From IMG/VR virus record IMGVR_UViG_3300025770_000870, positions 124,001-188,000 of that record: 64,000 nucleotides of DNA. One strand, 5' to 3'. The position numbers and the translations under genes are program-made. Under the pieces are notes generated by a model that did not search any database, was not told the DNA's origin, and saw only the letters and a program-made list of their open reading frames with translations. Positions 1 to 9,519 of the stretch are shown here, piece by piece. Within the stretch, counting starts at the first letter, position 1. Each line of letters starts with the position of its first letter.

Positions 1-167
1 ACAGACAATGATGGTTGTATCAAAACTGGTGGTAAGAATCCAGAAGTTTTTGAAAAATCGGGATTTACTAATGTTTGTGGCCAAGGATTACTCACAAAAG
101 CAATAATACTTGATGCTGAGTTAGATATTTTCTCTTTTAAATCTGTGATTTTGTCGAATACTCCCAT
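1..167 (-). CDS. Partial hypothetical protein running off the window start (MGVFDKITDLKEKISNSASS...)
   Basis: ATG at 167 on the minus strand, open to position 1, with a TTAATATATA motif at 175-184; not in the ORF track. Confidence 0.6.
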   Translation of the reverse strand, partial: MGVFDKITDLKEKISNSASSIIAFVSNPWPQTLVNPDFSKTSGFLPPVLIQPSLS

Positions 168-174
168 AATGATT

Positions 175-184
175 TATATATTAA
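175..184 (-). promoter_or_regulatory. TTAATATATA putative late promoter
   Basis: Exact copy of the recurrent motif, 8 nt upstream of the ATG at 167. Confidence 0.55.
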
Positions 185-226
185 AAATATCCTACTCTAA
201 TAGAAGTTTGTTGAAAATTAAGGTGA

Positions 227-2587
227 TTAAGCAGGGGCGTATTTACCAGTACCATTTTTTTCGGCTCTAACATCATTATAAGTAGCTAAAGCAGCTTCAC
301 ACTTCTTTATTCTTTCACCAGCGTGATGTTTGTAATAGTCCCTATTGGATACTCCGTTTTTATAGATTGCATCAGGCTTCTTTAGTGGTCGGCCGACTGA
401 ACCAGGAACCTCAAAGTCACATAAAATTGCTTCACAATAAGCACCTATTGTTTGTGTTGGCTTACCACCCTTTTGGTTGATAAAAGTACCATTCTTTATC
501 AACTTAGCTGAATTACCAGATGGAATACCAGCGAACATTTTTTGAATTCTACCTCCTTTACCGGAGCTCTGAGTCAATTCAGATATTAAAAAGGCACATT
601 GTGCCTCAAATAAATAAGGCACTGATTTCAAATATACTTCGAGTTTATTTAAAGTATCTCTTCCAATCTTAACAGTTCCGCCTCCATGTGGTCTTGGATC
701 TGTATCAAGGAATCCATTCTTCAAAGCTGAAGTCTTAACTCCTTTGTTAGTTAGATACTCACCACAAAATTTCTCCATGTTATATCTCCTTGAATATGTC
801 CATTGAGCTAAGCCGAGACCAGAGAATACTTGACATTTACCTTTCTTACACGTATAATGTTTTACTGATCCTTGTTTTGCGTTCTCTTTTGACCACCGTT
901 TTGCACCCATCCCACCGGGTACTATGTAATTTGCTTGATTTTCAATATTCCAAAATTTAAAACTTGATTCTGCATCGATATTACCACAGATACCAGCTGC
1001 TTGGTCTTTTGTAAACCCGCCCTCCTTGATTAACAATTCCATCAAAATATAAATCGCCTGTCGTTTCGTTTGGTTGTTACTAGGTGATGCTGGTGTAGGA
1101 GGTTCACCAGTAGCTGGATCAGCGTCTGGATCATTGGATCCATTCTGTTCCCGCGCCTCATCCCGCTCCTCAGCTGCTTCTGCTTCTGCCTCCTCTTGAC
1201 CTAAGAATGCAGTTTCTCGGTACTCATCGTCCAATTCACCAAGTTGTTCAAAATCATCCTGGAAAACAAACCCACCGGGTTCGATTAGTGTTAATTTACC
1301 AATTTTTGAATCTACTATTATTGATAAAGAATCTTCATATGATTTGAGAGAATCGTTACTAGTTGTTCCGCCGCTTGCACTTCCACTTGATAAAGGAAGA
1401 AACACTCCCTCAATTTCAACATTGAATGTTATTATATTTTTTTTTGATTCTACATCACCGCTTTGTGAACCCGTAATTACAGGCGCGGGCTCTTCTACTT
1501 CTTCTTCTGGTAGTAATTTTATGGGGCTTTTATACTCTACTAATTCTCCTGAATAATATAAACCTTTTTCACTTTTAGCAGGTGTTGAATTAGCCGCCCC
1601 CAATCTACCACCACCTTCGGGGTTATATATGTTACAAGCCACACCATTACCAAATATTTTATTAGTGTTCCCATCCTTCGCTGGCCACCTACCGAGTGAT
1701 GTTTCCTGTGGATCTATCAACTCACATTGACCAACATTATAATTAGGTACTTTTTTATTCCAAGCAGATAGTATATCATTTATGATATCAACATCATCAA
1801 CATTACCAGTATATTTCTTTTCTTGCTTCTCTAATTTTGTTGTGGTAGATTTCCCAGTATCGTCATAAGTCGTTTCATATCCAACCTTAGTAGATAATTC
1901 TAATAAATTATCCTCTGTTATATAAAGAACAGATTCTTCGGTCTTCCATTGTGGATCAAAAGAAGGGTCACTAGGAGTCCGTATGGTTACCGACTTAATT
2001 ATTCTAGATTTGATACTTTGATAAATTATCAAACCATTACCATCTCCAATACTACCATCACTATAATAGGATTGTGTGGGTGATACACCATCAGGTAATG
2101 CTAATTCATTACCTTCATCATCACTCCATTGTTCACCACCCAACATAGTATATGGACCAACAGTGCGCCCAAAGTATGTAGTATCTCCATTTTCATCGAC
2201 CTGACTAGAAGATGCGCCGAAGTCTGGTGATGTCCATCTAATATCTACCCTTGTTCCATTATTTAAATGATAATAATCGGATCCGAAGTTTCTTTTTCTA
2301 GCTATATTTACTGACCAGGGGTCCTGTATTATTTCAGAGCCTTTGGGTATTTTACCCGAGGCCGAATTCACATGCAACCAATCAGCTATGATTTCATCGG
2401 AACTCATATCTTTATACCTATTACCTTTATAATCCCCTTCACCTAGAATAGGACCGGTATCATAATCATTAACGTATCGAGTTAATCCATAAACGATTCT
2501 GCTTTTAAGTTTACCGTTATTTTTAAAATTCTCAACCACACGGACCATTATATCACCTGTAATTCTAACCTCTTTAACTATTCCCAT
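227..2587 (-). CDS. Large virion or baseplate protein with a C-terminal phage tail-lysozyme-like domain
   Basis: C-terminal QAAGICGNIDAESSF and GLGLAQWTYSRR match phage tail lysozyme motifs; acidic Pro-rich linker; TATAAATA upstream. Confidence 0.7.
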   Translation of the reverse strand: MGIVKEVRITGDIMVRVVENFKNNGKLKSRIVYGLTRYVNDYDTGPILGEGDYKGNRYKDMSSDEIIADWLHVNSASGKIPKGSEIIQDPWSVNIARKRNFGSDYYHLNNGTRVDIRWTSPDFGASSSQVDENGDTTYFGRTVGPYTMLGGEQWSDDEGNELALPDGVSPTQSYYSDGSIGDGNGLIIYQSIKSRIIKSVTIRTPSDPSFDPQWKTEESVLYITEDNLLELSTKVGYETTYDDTGKSTTTKLEKQEKKYTGNVDDVDIINDILSAWNKKVPNYNVGQCELIDPQETSLGRWPAKDGNTNKIFGNGVACNIYNPEGGGRLGAANSTPAKSEKGLYYSGELVEYKSPIKLLPEEEVEEPAPVITGSQSGDVESKKNIITFNVEIEGVFLPLSSGSASGGTTSNDSLKSYEDSLSIIVDSKIGKLTLIEPGGFVFQDDFEQLGELDDEYRETAFLGQEEAEAEAAEERDEAREQNGSNDPDADPATGEPPTPASPSNNQTKRQAIYILMELLIKEGGFTKDQAAGICGNIDAESSFKFWNIENQANYIVPGGMGAKRWSKENAKQGSVKHYTCKKGKCQVFSGLGLAQWTYSRRYNMEKFCGEYLTNKGVKTSALKNGFLDTDPRPHGGGTVKIGRDTLNKLEVYLKSVPYLFEAQCAFLISELTQSSGKGGRIQKMFAGIPSGNSAKLIKNGTFINQKGGKPTQTIGAYCEAILCDFEVPGSVGRPLKKPDAIYKNGVSNRDYYKHHAGERIKKCEAALATYNDVRAEKNGTGKYAPA

Positions 2588-2593
2588 ATTGTA

Positions 2594-2601
2594 TATTTAT
2601 A
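2594..2601 (-). promoter_or_regulatory. TATAAATA, identical to the T4 late promoter consensus
   Basis: Exact octamer just upstream of the tail lysozyme ATG. Confidence 0.45.
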
Positions 2602-2625
2602 ATTATCTTAACCCCCGCTATAAAA

Positions 2626-4869
2626 TTAATCAGAAACGTCAATTAATTCACCTACTACTTCTTTACCATCATCTGATAATGATGAAACTATAAGTTCGTA
2701 TATTTTACCATTACCATCACTAAGTCTATATGATTCACCAATATTATAGACCTCATTTGGTTTAGGTTCCTCAACAGGATTATCATTTGTTTCTGCATTA
2801 TCAACACCCTCTTTTGCTTTTGTTGGTATGTCTAATTCCTTGTTTAATTTACCTAATTCTTTTCTAGCTATTTTAACTTTTTGTGTTAATTTACCAGATC
2901 TCCAAGAATATCTAATGTCTATTATTAACCACTCACCGCTCATCCGCTCATCAAGATATGATTCTGTTGTTTCTGTTTGTGGTGTTCTTTTAGTATTTGT
3001 AAAGTTGACTTGTATTTTTTGATATTTATATATGTTAAAATTAGGTTGTGGTAATTGTAACTCGGCTGTTATTTTAACCATGTTATCTAAGTTAATTCTA
3101 TTTTGTGTTTCTGAATAGAGATAATTTTCATGAACATTATCCATATCAACTCTGCCTAAAAAATTAGTTCTATAATTTTCTTTAAATGATTTTTCATCAC
3201 CAGGTGCTCCCTTTAATGAGACAACATCATCCTTTTTTGTAGTTAAAGAGTCAATTTTGAATATCTGCATAATTTTTTTATTACTATCATAGTATTTGGT
3301 AATAGTAAATTGTCCCTTTTTAAGTGATTGGCTTGTTGAATTATTACTTATTTTGTATGATGAAAAATATAAGTTGTTACTTTGATTACTCTGCTCGTTA
3401 GATAAAGCGAGGGGTATTATTTTACTCTCATCACTTTTACCCACTGTTTGTGTAGATAAACCTGATGAATCAACACCAACATCTGATGATATATCTCTAT
3501 TCCATTCTTTTTCTATATCAACATAGTTAAAACACCAATAATGATCAATATAACCTAATACAAAAGAGTCATCTGATATATATGAGTGTTTTATAATATT
3601 GGAAACAAAATCTTTAAACAACATACCTGTATTTGTCCATTTCATCGAATCTTTTGTGTTATTTATATTTGAATTAAATCCTAGTTTTAATTCTTTTGAT
3701 ATCATATCAAATGTATCAAATGATGTTCCGGTATATGATTTATAAGCTATTTCATAAAATTTGGGTAAGTCAATAGATCCAGATATTGTATAATTTTTCC
3801 TCTTTCTTTGAAAGGTTTTAATCTTAAATTTTAGGTGTATTGATTTTAAATTTTCAGATCCAGAATTAAGAAATATTTCAAACTTAGTATCATCAAGTGG
3901 AGCACCTTCAGCTTTCATAATACCGAGCGTATCTTTGAATGTTACAATCACCGTTGGTGATATTCCTTCGTGATAAAGTTCAAGTGACTTAATATCCTTT
4001 TCAGGTATTTGTAGTGCATTATACCATAAAAACGGCATATAACCTTGTCCCTGTGAGTCCGTATTCTGTTGTGCGTCCTCGGTGACCTTATATTGAATTG
4101 GTGGTAATATTACTTCTGGTTTACGTATCTGTGCAATTATTGGTCTATCTCCTTCTACTTTTACTTCATCTGGGCCACTATCATCCTGTTCTATAAGTTC
4201 ATCCTCCGGTAATACTGTTATTGAAAATTCTGTGCTATCAAGATCTGGTGATGTTGGTGTTACTGCTATAATATAATCACCTGGTTTATCGAATTGTAAC
4301 CCAGAAAAGTCTATTTCTCCATTGACAACTTCTTTTTCGGTAATACCAATTATAACACCTGGTCCACTTTTAACACTTAATGTTATTTTTGTATTTATAG
4401 ACTTTGGATCTACTATCGCTGATGTTTGTTTATTTGATGGTTCTGGATCGCTCTGTGGTGTGCTCTGTGTACCAGTTTGTGGTTCTTCTTCTTCTTGTTT
4501 TGGTTCCTCTGGTGCTGGCTCCCAAACCAATCTTGGTCCAATAGTAGTGCCATAGATATCATCTATGATTCCAGCCATTTCACTTAATAGTATATCAATT
4601 GCGTATTTAAGGGATCCTGGACCATCACCCGTGAAAGGAGTAATTGCTTCTTGGGTTCCCTCTATGGTAAATTCACCAATATCAACTATTTCTTGTGCTG
4701 ATTTACCATCAATCGTAACACTACTATTTGTTGTGAATGGTTTGGGAAATCCATTTACGGTACCAAATACTGTTAATTTATTGAATTGGTTTTTATTATC
4801 TATTGTTCCGGTTATAGATTTCTCTGCATCTGATACAGGGTTTTTTACGAAGAGTGACCAATTTGACAT
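2626..4869 (-). CDS. Large structural protein, possibly baseplate hub-like
   Basis: 747 aa ORF co-oriented with the tail lysozyme gene, with acidic linkers and an Ig-like-looking segment; hub call is inference. Confidence 0.45.
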   Translation of the reverse strand: MSNWSLFVKNPVSDAEKSITGTIDNKNQFNKLTVFGTVNGFPKPFTTNSSVTIDGKSAQEIVDIGEFTIEGTQEAITPFTGDGPGSLKYAIDILLSEMAGIIDDIYGTTIGPRLVWEPAPEEPKQEEEEPQTGTQSTPQSDPEPSNKQTSAIVDPKSINTKITLSVKSGPGVIIGITEKEVVNGEIDFSGLQFDKPGDYIIAVTPTSPDLDSTEFSITVLPEDELIEQDDSGPDEVKVEGDRPIIAQIRKPEVILPPIQYKVTEDAQQNTDSQGQGYMPFLWYNALQIPEKDIKSLELYHEGISPTVIVTFKDTLGIMKAEGAPLDDTKFEIFLNSGSENLKSIHLKFKIKTFQRKRKNYTISGSIDLPKFYEIAYKSYTGTSFDTFDMISKELKLGFNSNINNTKDSMKWTNTGMLFKDFVSNIIKHSYISDDSFVLGYIDHYWCFNYVDIEKEWNRDISSDVGVDSSGLSTQTVGKSDESKIIPLALSNEQSNQSNNLYFSSYKISNNSTSQSLKKGQFTITKYYDSNKKIMQIFKIDSLTTKKDDVVSLKGAPGDEKSFKENYRTNFLGRVDMDNVHENYLYSETQNRINLDNMVKITAELQLPQPNFNIYKYQKIQVNFTNTKRTPQTETTESYLDERMSGEWLIIDIRYSWRSGKLTQKVKIARKELGKLNKELDIPTKAKEGVDNAETNDNPVEEPKPNEVYNIGESYRLSDGNGKIYELIVSSLSDDGKEVVGELIDVSD

Positions 4870-4900
4870 GAACTATATATTTGCCATCACATCTTCTGTC

Positions 4901-6505
4901 CTATAAGTTTATTTTAATTGTTTTATATGGGTATTTTCGTTTATCATACATACGTGCTCTCTCTTTGAAATGTCTATATAATATATTATTCATATTCTTC
5001 GGATCAAAAACATCTACTAAGTCAAATATCATAGCCTTTGTCTTATCCGTGTGTAAACGTAAGGCTCTACCAATTGATTGTATTATAATTTGCTCTGATT
5101 TGAAAGAATCTACAAATATCACATTAAATATAGCATTAATAGATACACCAGTTGATAGTGTACCATAAGAAGCAACTAATACTCTAACTTTACCATCAGT
5201 TTCCTCCATTTGTTTCTTAATAACTTCCCTCTTTTTACCCGATACACCACCATCAATATAATAAAATTCTTTATCTGGTAATTCCTCTGATAATTTATTC
5301 ATTATCTTTTGACCATATTCAATCGTGTGAAATAATAAAAGTGTATTTGATTCACATTTATCAACTATCTTCTTGATAAAGTCTAATCTTTTATCCGAAA
5401 CATGAATATATTCCTTTTCTATTTGAAAAGCTTCTTTACCATAACCACCTTTCCTTATTTGTTCCATTCTATCTGCGAATTCTAAGTCATTATGATTCAT
5501 AATGACAGCCTTTATTTCCATAGCTGATATTATACCCTTCTTCTTTAATTCATCAGCAGAAACTTCTGTTATCTTAGGACCTAAAACTGATTGTATTGTT
5601 AGTATTTCACAAGTATCATCCTCAGGGAATGTACCAGATACACCAAACCTTGAATATGCTTTACCAAACGTTCTCTTTAATATACTTAACATCGTTTTTG
5701 CTTTAGCTCCATGTGCCTCATCAGTAACAACTGTGTGAAATTGGTCAAAGAATTCTTTCGGCCATTTTTCTAATGATTGATAAGTTCCGATATAAATATT
5801 AGCATCTTGTGTACCTGTGTGTTTTCTTGGTCTTTCTGACATAACTTCCTCAACCCTTAAATCAAAGGGTACATGAGTTCCTTCTATATGGTCTATCTTT
5901 TTATCATCCATTTCTATTAAATTATTAACACCATGGTTATATTCTACAATATTATCATAAAATTGAGTAACTAATGTTATCGATGGTACTATTATTAGAA
6001 ATTTAGCTTTAGGAGTATGTTTAAGTGTATAAAACATAACAATTGATATGATTAATGATTTACCACCTGATGTAGCAACCTCAGCCATACAATATCTATT
6101 CTTTAATATTTTGTAAGCTGATTCAACTTGGTGGTCATAAGGTATAAATGGTATCCAAGTACCATCTTTTTTCTTAACTTTATGTTCTTTAAAAAATTCT
6201 TTACAAAAATCATGAACTTTTTCTAAGGTAACATCTCTATTTAATGGGAAATCTTCTTTATTTTCTAATATAAAAGGTGCTCCGATTTCTTTACAACCTT
6301 TCAAAGCTTCTTTCCAAAGACCGATGTTTATTCTACCGTCCTTAAAATATGATTGTTGTCCATTCCAAACACCCATCTTGAATGCTGGCATATATCGATA
6401 ACCTTTAACGTGTCTAGATAACCACAAATCCATTTGGTGGTATTCGATTCTCGTAGCTTCACTTACGACAATTTCTTCTGTTTCTTTATCATATCTAAAC
6501 TTCAT
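4901..6505 (-). CDS. uvsW: UvsW-like SF2 DNA helicase
   Basis: Walker A-like ATSGGKS, DEAH box, SGT motif III, QSIGRALR motif VI; T4 UvsW-like N-terminus (YRYMPAFKMGVWNG). Confidence 0.9.
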   Translation of the reverse strand: MKFRYDKETEEIVVSEATRIEYHQMDLWLSRHVKGYRYMPAFKMGVWNGQQSYFKDGRINIGLWKEALKGCKEIGAPFILENKEDFPLNRDVTLEKVHDFCKEFFKEHKVKKKDGTWIPFIPYDHQVESAYKILKNRYCMAEVATSGGKSLIISIVMFYTLKHTPKAKFLIIVPSITLVTQFYDNIVEYNHGVNNLIEMDDKKIDHIEGTHVPFDLRVEEVMSERPRKHTGTQDANIYIGTYQSLEKWPKEFFDQFHTVVTDEAHGAKAKTMLSILKRTFGKAYSRFGVSGTFPEDDTCEILTIQSVLGPKITEVSADELKKKGIISAMEIKAVIMNHNDLEFADRMEQIRKGGYGKEAFQIEKEYIHVSDKRLDFIKKIVDKCESNTLLLFHTIEYGQKIMNKLSEELPDKEFYYIDGGVSGKKREVIKKQMEETDGKVRVLVASYGTLSTGVSINAIFNVIFVDSFKSEQIIIQSIGRALRLHTDKTKAMIFDLVDVFDPKNMNNILYRHFKERARMYDKRKYPYKTIKINL

Positions 6506-6614
6506 CTCATGTTTATATATAAAAAAGTAATCTTTGTTTATTTTGGGTTTTTTCGAGGTTTTTTACAGAGGGAGGGAAAAAATATGAATATATAATAAAA
6601 AATAATTTAAAATC

Positions 6615-6989
6615 ATGAAAAGTATAATATCTTTTTTTAAGAGATTGTTTGGTAAAAAAACTACACAAGTTGTTGTTAAGGCTGAAGTTAAAATAGAAGC
6701 TGTTAAAGAAGTTACTAAACCAATCGTAAAGGCTAAACCAATCGTAAAGGCTAAATCAACAAAGGACAAGTCTAAAGTTGAAAAGCCTGTAACAGCTAAG
6801 GATATCAAAGCTAAGGTTAAAAAACCAGTGAGTAAAAAGTCAACGGTTAAAAAGTCAGATACTAAGAAATCGACTAATAAAAAGTCAACTCCTAAAGTTA
6901 AAAAGGAATCGACTAATAAAAAGTCAACGGTTAAAAAGGAATCTACTAAGAAGAGAGCTCCTAGAAAGTCAACTGCTAAAAAGGATTAA
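6615..6989 (+). CDS. Lys-rich histone H1-like putative DNA-binding protein
   Basis: About 30% Lys with repeats KPIVKA and STNKKSTVKKES; ATATATA motif upstream; terminator downstream. Confidence 0.65.
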   Translation: MKSIISFFKRLFGKKTTQVVVKAEVKIEAVKEVTKPIVKAKPIVKAKSTKDKSKVEKPVTAKDIKAKVKKPVSKKSTVKKSDTKKSTNKKSTPKVKKESTNKKSTVKKESTKKRAPRKSTAKKD

Positions 6990-7006
6990 ATTAATTGATT
7001 TTTAAC

Positions 7007-7039
7007 AAAAAACCCACTCAAATATGAGTGGGTTTTTTT
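7007..7039. terminator. Bidirectional intrinsic terminator
   Basis: AAAAAACCCACTCA-aata-TGAGTGGGTTTTTT between convergent genes. Confidence 0.85.
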
Positions 7040-7051
7040 ATTCTTAATATT

Positions 7052-7723
7052 TTATTTCCTTTTTGTTAAAATTTCATCTATCATACCATATTTCTTAGAA
7101 TCAGCGGCCGACATCCAATAGTCTCTATCACCATCTTTATAAACTCTATCATATGTTTGACCAGTTCTATCTGATATTATCTCATATAATTCTTTTTTAA
7201 GTGAGTTAATTTGTTTTGCTTCAATTTCTATATCAGATGCTTGTTGTGCCCACCCACCACCAAGTGGTTGGTGTATCATAGTTCTACTTCTTTTTAGTGA
7301 TTTTCTTTTACCTTTTGTCCCAGAACATAATATAATAGCTCCCATGGAAGCAGCTAACCCGGTATTAACCGTAATTATATCAGGTTTAACAAACTCCATA
7401 ACATCCAATAATCCTAATCCGGAATAAACTGAACCTCCTGCCGTATCTATGTATATAGATATATCTTCATCACTTTGGGATTCTAAGTATAGAAGTTGAG
7501 CTTTTATTATGTTACATACATAATCATCTATTTGTGTTGAAAGAAATATTATTCTATCATCTAATAATTTAGAGAATACATCTACTGGTATTTCATTATT
7601 ACTTAATATGTTTGGTGTGTTATTATTTTTCTGTATCTGCTTGAAGTAGTCATCACTATAATTAGATCCTATTTTATTACTACGTAGATATTTTTGTAAA
7701 TCTTTGTCGTTATTCATTATCAA
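7052..7723 (-). CDS. clpP: ATP-dependent Clp protease proteolytic subunit
   Basis: DVFSKLLDDRIIFL, GLAASMGA (catalytic Ser), MIHQPLGG (His), DRDYWMSA; true start probably the ATG at 7717. Confidence 0.95.
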   Translation of the reverse strand: MIMNNDKDLQKYLRSNKIGSNYSDDYFKQIQKNNNTPNILSNNEIPVDVFSKLLDDRIIFLSTQIDDYVCNIIKAQLLYLESQSDEDISIYIDTAGGSVYSGLGLLDVMEFVKPDIITVNTGLAASMGAIILCSGTKGKRKSLKRSRTMIHQPLGGGWAQQASDIEIEAKQINSLKKELYEIISDRTGQTYDRVYKDGDRDYWMSAADSKKYGMIDEILTKRK

Positions 7724-7825
7724 AGTTATTTTTTTGTTTTATGTTATAATGTTGTGAATGTTTAGTAAAATTGTATGTAAAGTGGCTTTATATTTTTAAT
7801 ATATAATAAAAAATAATAATATAAT

Positions 7826-8143
7826 ATGAAAACTAAAGTTGAGATTGCTGGATACGAAATTGAGGTCGAAGAAAAAGACGGCCTTATTATGGTGAAAGCT
7901 GAAAAAGATGATGAGGTTGTAGAAGAATTTACGATTGAAACAGAAGAATTTGAAGGTGAAGAAGGACAAGAAGAAGTTCAAGGACAAGAAGAAGTTCAAG
8001 GATTTGGAGACTTCGAAGGAGGAGCTCAAGAAGAAGGTGACTTTGAAGAAGGTGACTTTGAAGAAGGTGAACTTGAAGAAAAAGATGATGAGGTTCAATT
8101 AGAGTCTTTTCAATCATTTGTTAATAAGAACGCTAAAAAATAA
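7826..8143 (+). CDS. Highly acidic small protein with tandem repeats
   Basis: 105 aa Glu-rich with GQEEVQ x2 and EEGDF x3; TTAATATATA at 7796-7805. Confidence 0.75.
   Translation: MKTKVEIAGYEIEVEEKDGLIMVKAEKDDEVVEEFTIETEEFEGEEGQEEVQGQEEVQGFGDFEGGAQEEGDFEEGDFEEGELEEKDDEVQLESFQSFVNKNAKK
7964..8080 (+). repeat. Coding tandem repeats of 18 nt and 15 nt
   Basis: ggacaagaagaagttcaa x2 and gaagaaggtgacttt x2 plus a degenerate copy. Confidence 0.8.
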
Positions 8144-8151
8144 AAATAAAA

Positions 8152-9219
8152 ATGATTAAGAAGTTTAATCAATTTCTAGAAAATAAAAATTCTAGTTACC
8201 TTCTTTACTATGCGTTTGATTGGGATGATAATATATTAAATATGCCAACCGTAATACACCTAGATAAAAAAGATGGTGACTCTTGGGTACCTATTAATGT
8301 TTCAACATCTGATTTCGCTGATGTCAGAAATGATGAGAATTATAGAATGTTGAATAATGATCCTGATGAGGCTTTCTCTGAGTTTAGAGATGGCGGTCCT
8401 CGAGGGGTTGAAGCCTTTTTGATTGATACTAAAGCAGCTATTGCTAGTAACAGTTATGGTCCGGCTTGGGATGATTTTATTGAATGTTTGACAAATGGGT
8501 CAATATTTGCTATAATCACCGCTAGGGGTCACGAACCAGAGGCTATAAGATTAGGTATTGATTGGATACTTGATAATGTTCTAACCGAAGACGAAGTATA
8601 TGATATGTATAATAACTTATTAAAGTTTGAGTATATGTTTGATAGAGTTGAAGGTGAGAAAATATTAAAAGGTGATCCATCTAAGAATGAATTGGTTAAG
8701 AAGTATTTAGATCAATGTGATTTAGTTGGTGTTTCGGCTCCTTCTAGAGGTGGTTCTCCTGAGAATCCGGAAAAGGAAAAGGAAAACGCTCTTATGGATT
8801 ACAAGACTAAGATTAATGACTTTGCTAAAAACCTAGGTATGGAAGCAAAAGTTGGTTTTTCTGATGATGATTTAGGTAATGTTAAACATATTGAAGATTT
8901 AGTTGATAGTTTACATCACGAAAAATTCCCTAATATTGTTGAGTTTGTAGTTAAAAATACAAAAAACCCAGAAGATGTTACCAAAAAAGTTAGAACAATG
9001 AATCTAATAGAGGGTAATGATACCCCAGGTATGGAATCATCTGTTTTAGCATTCACTCAATTTAATAATATGACAAATAAACTGTATCCAACGGATGATA
9101 AAACAAGACAAGATGACTTTGCTAACCAATTCAGAAGACAATCTGAATATCTAGCTAAAACTTCTAAAGACATCTTAGGGAAAAAGAAAGTAAAGAAGAA
9201 ATTTCCTAAAAAGAAATAA
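8152..9219 (+). CDS. HAD-superfamily hydrolase-like protein with CTS-like N-terminus
   Basis: Motif I FDWDDN, motif II ITARGH, motif IV FSDDD; N-terminus MIKKFNQFLE. Confidence 0.7.
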   Translation: MIKKFNQFLENKNSSYLLYYAFDWDDNILNMPTVIHLDKKDGDSWVPINVSTSDFADVRNDENYRMLNNDPDEAFSEFRDGGPRGVEAFLIDTKAAIASNSYGPAWDDFIECLTNGSIFAIITARGHEPEAIRLGIDWILDNVLTEDEVYDMYNNLLKFEYMFDRVEGEKILKGDPSKNELVKKYLDQCDLVGVSAPSRGGSPENPEKEKENALMDYKTKINDFAKNLGMEAKVGFSDDDLGNVKHIEDLVDSLHHEKFPNIVEFVVKNTKNPEDVTKKVRTMNLIEGNDTPGMESSVLAFTQFNNMTNKLYPTDDKTRQDDFANQFRRQSEYLAKTSKDILGKKKVKKKFPKKK

Positions 9220-9225
9220 AAAATT

Positions 9226-9253
9226 AAAAGTCCTCTTAATGAGGATTTTTTTT
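9226..9253. terminator. Intrinsic terminator
   Basis: AAAAGTCCTC-ttaat-GAGGATTTTTTT between convergent genes. Confidence 0.7.
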
Positions 9254-9472
9254 ATGCTTTATAATTTCATCTATTTTAATATCTCTTAATATAGCTTTTT
9301 GATTTTCATTAAACCAACGTTTATAATCGTGATTATAAGCCATATGAACACCATCAATAATTGGACCAGCCTGTCCAAACATAAACTCAGTAAAGCTTTT
9401 ACGCCAATCATCAGGTATATCATCGAATGATACGGGCTCTGTATTTAAATACATCTCCATTAATTTAATCAT
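9236..9472 (-). CDS. Small hypothetical protein with C-terminal RDxKIDxI motif
   Basis: 78 aa ending ILRDIKIDEIIK; TATATTTG element upstream at 9477-9484. Confidence 0.7.
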   Translation of the reverse strand: MIKLMEMYLNTEPVSFDDIPDDWRKSFTEFMFGQAGPIIDGVHMAYNHDYKRWFNENQKAILRDIKIDEIIKHKKNPH

Positions 9473-9519
9473 GTAACAAATATAATAAACTTAACTCTAT
9501 TTTCCTAATATATCATGTA

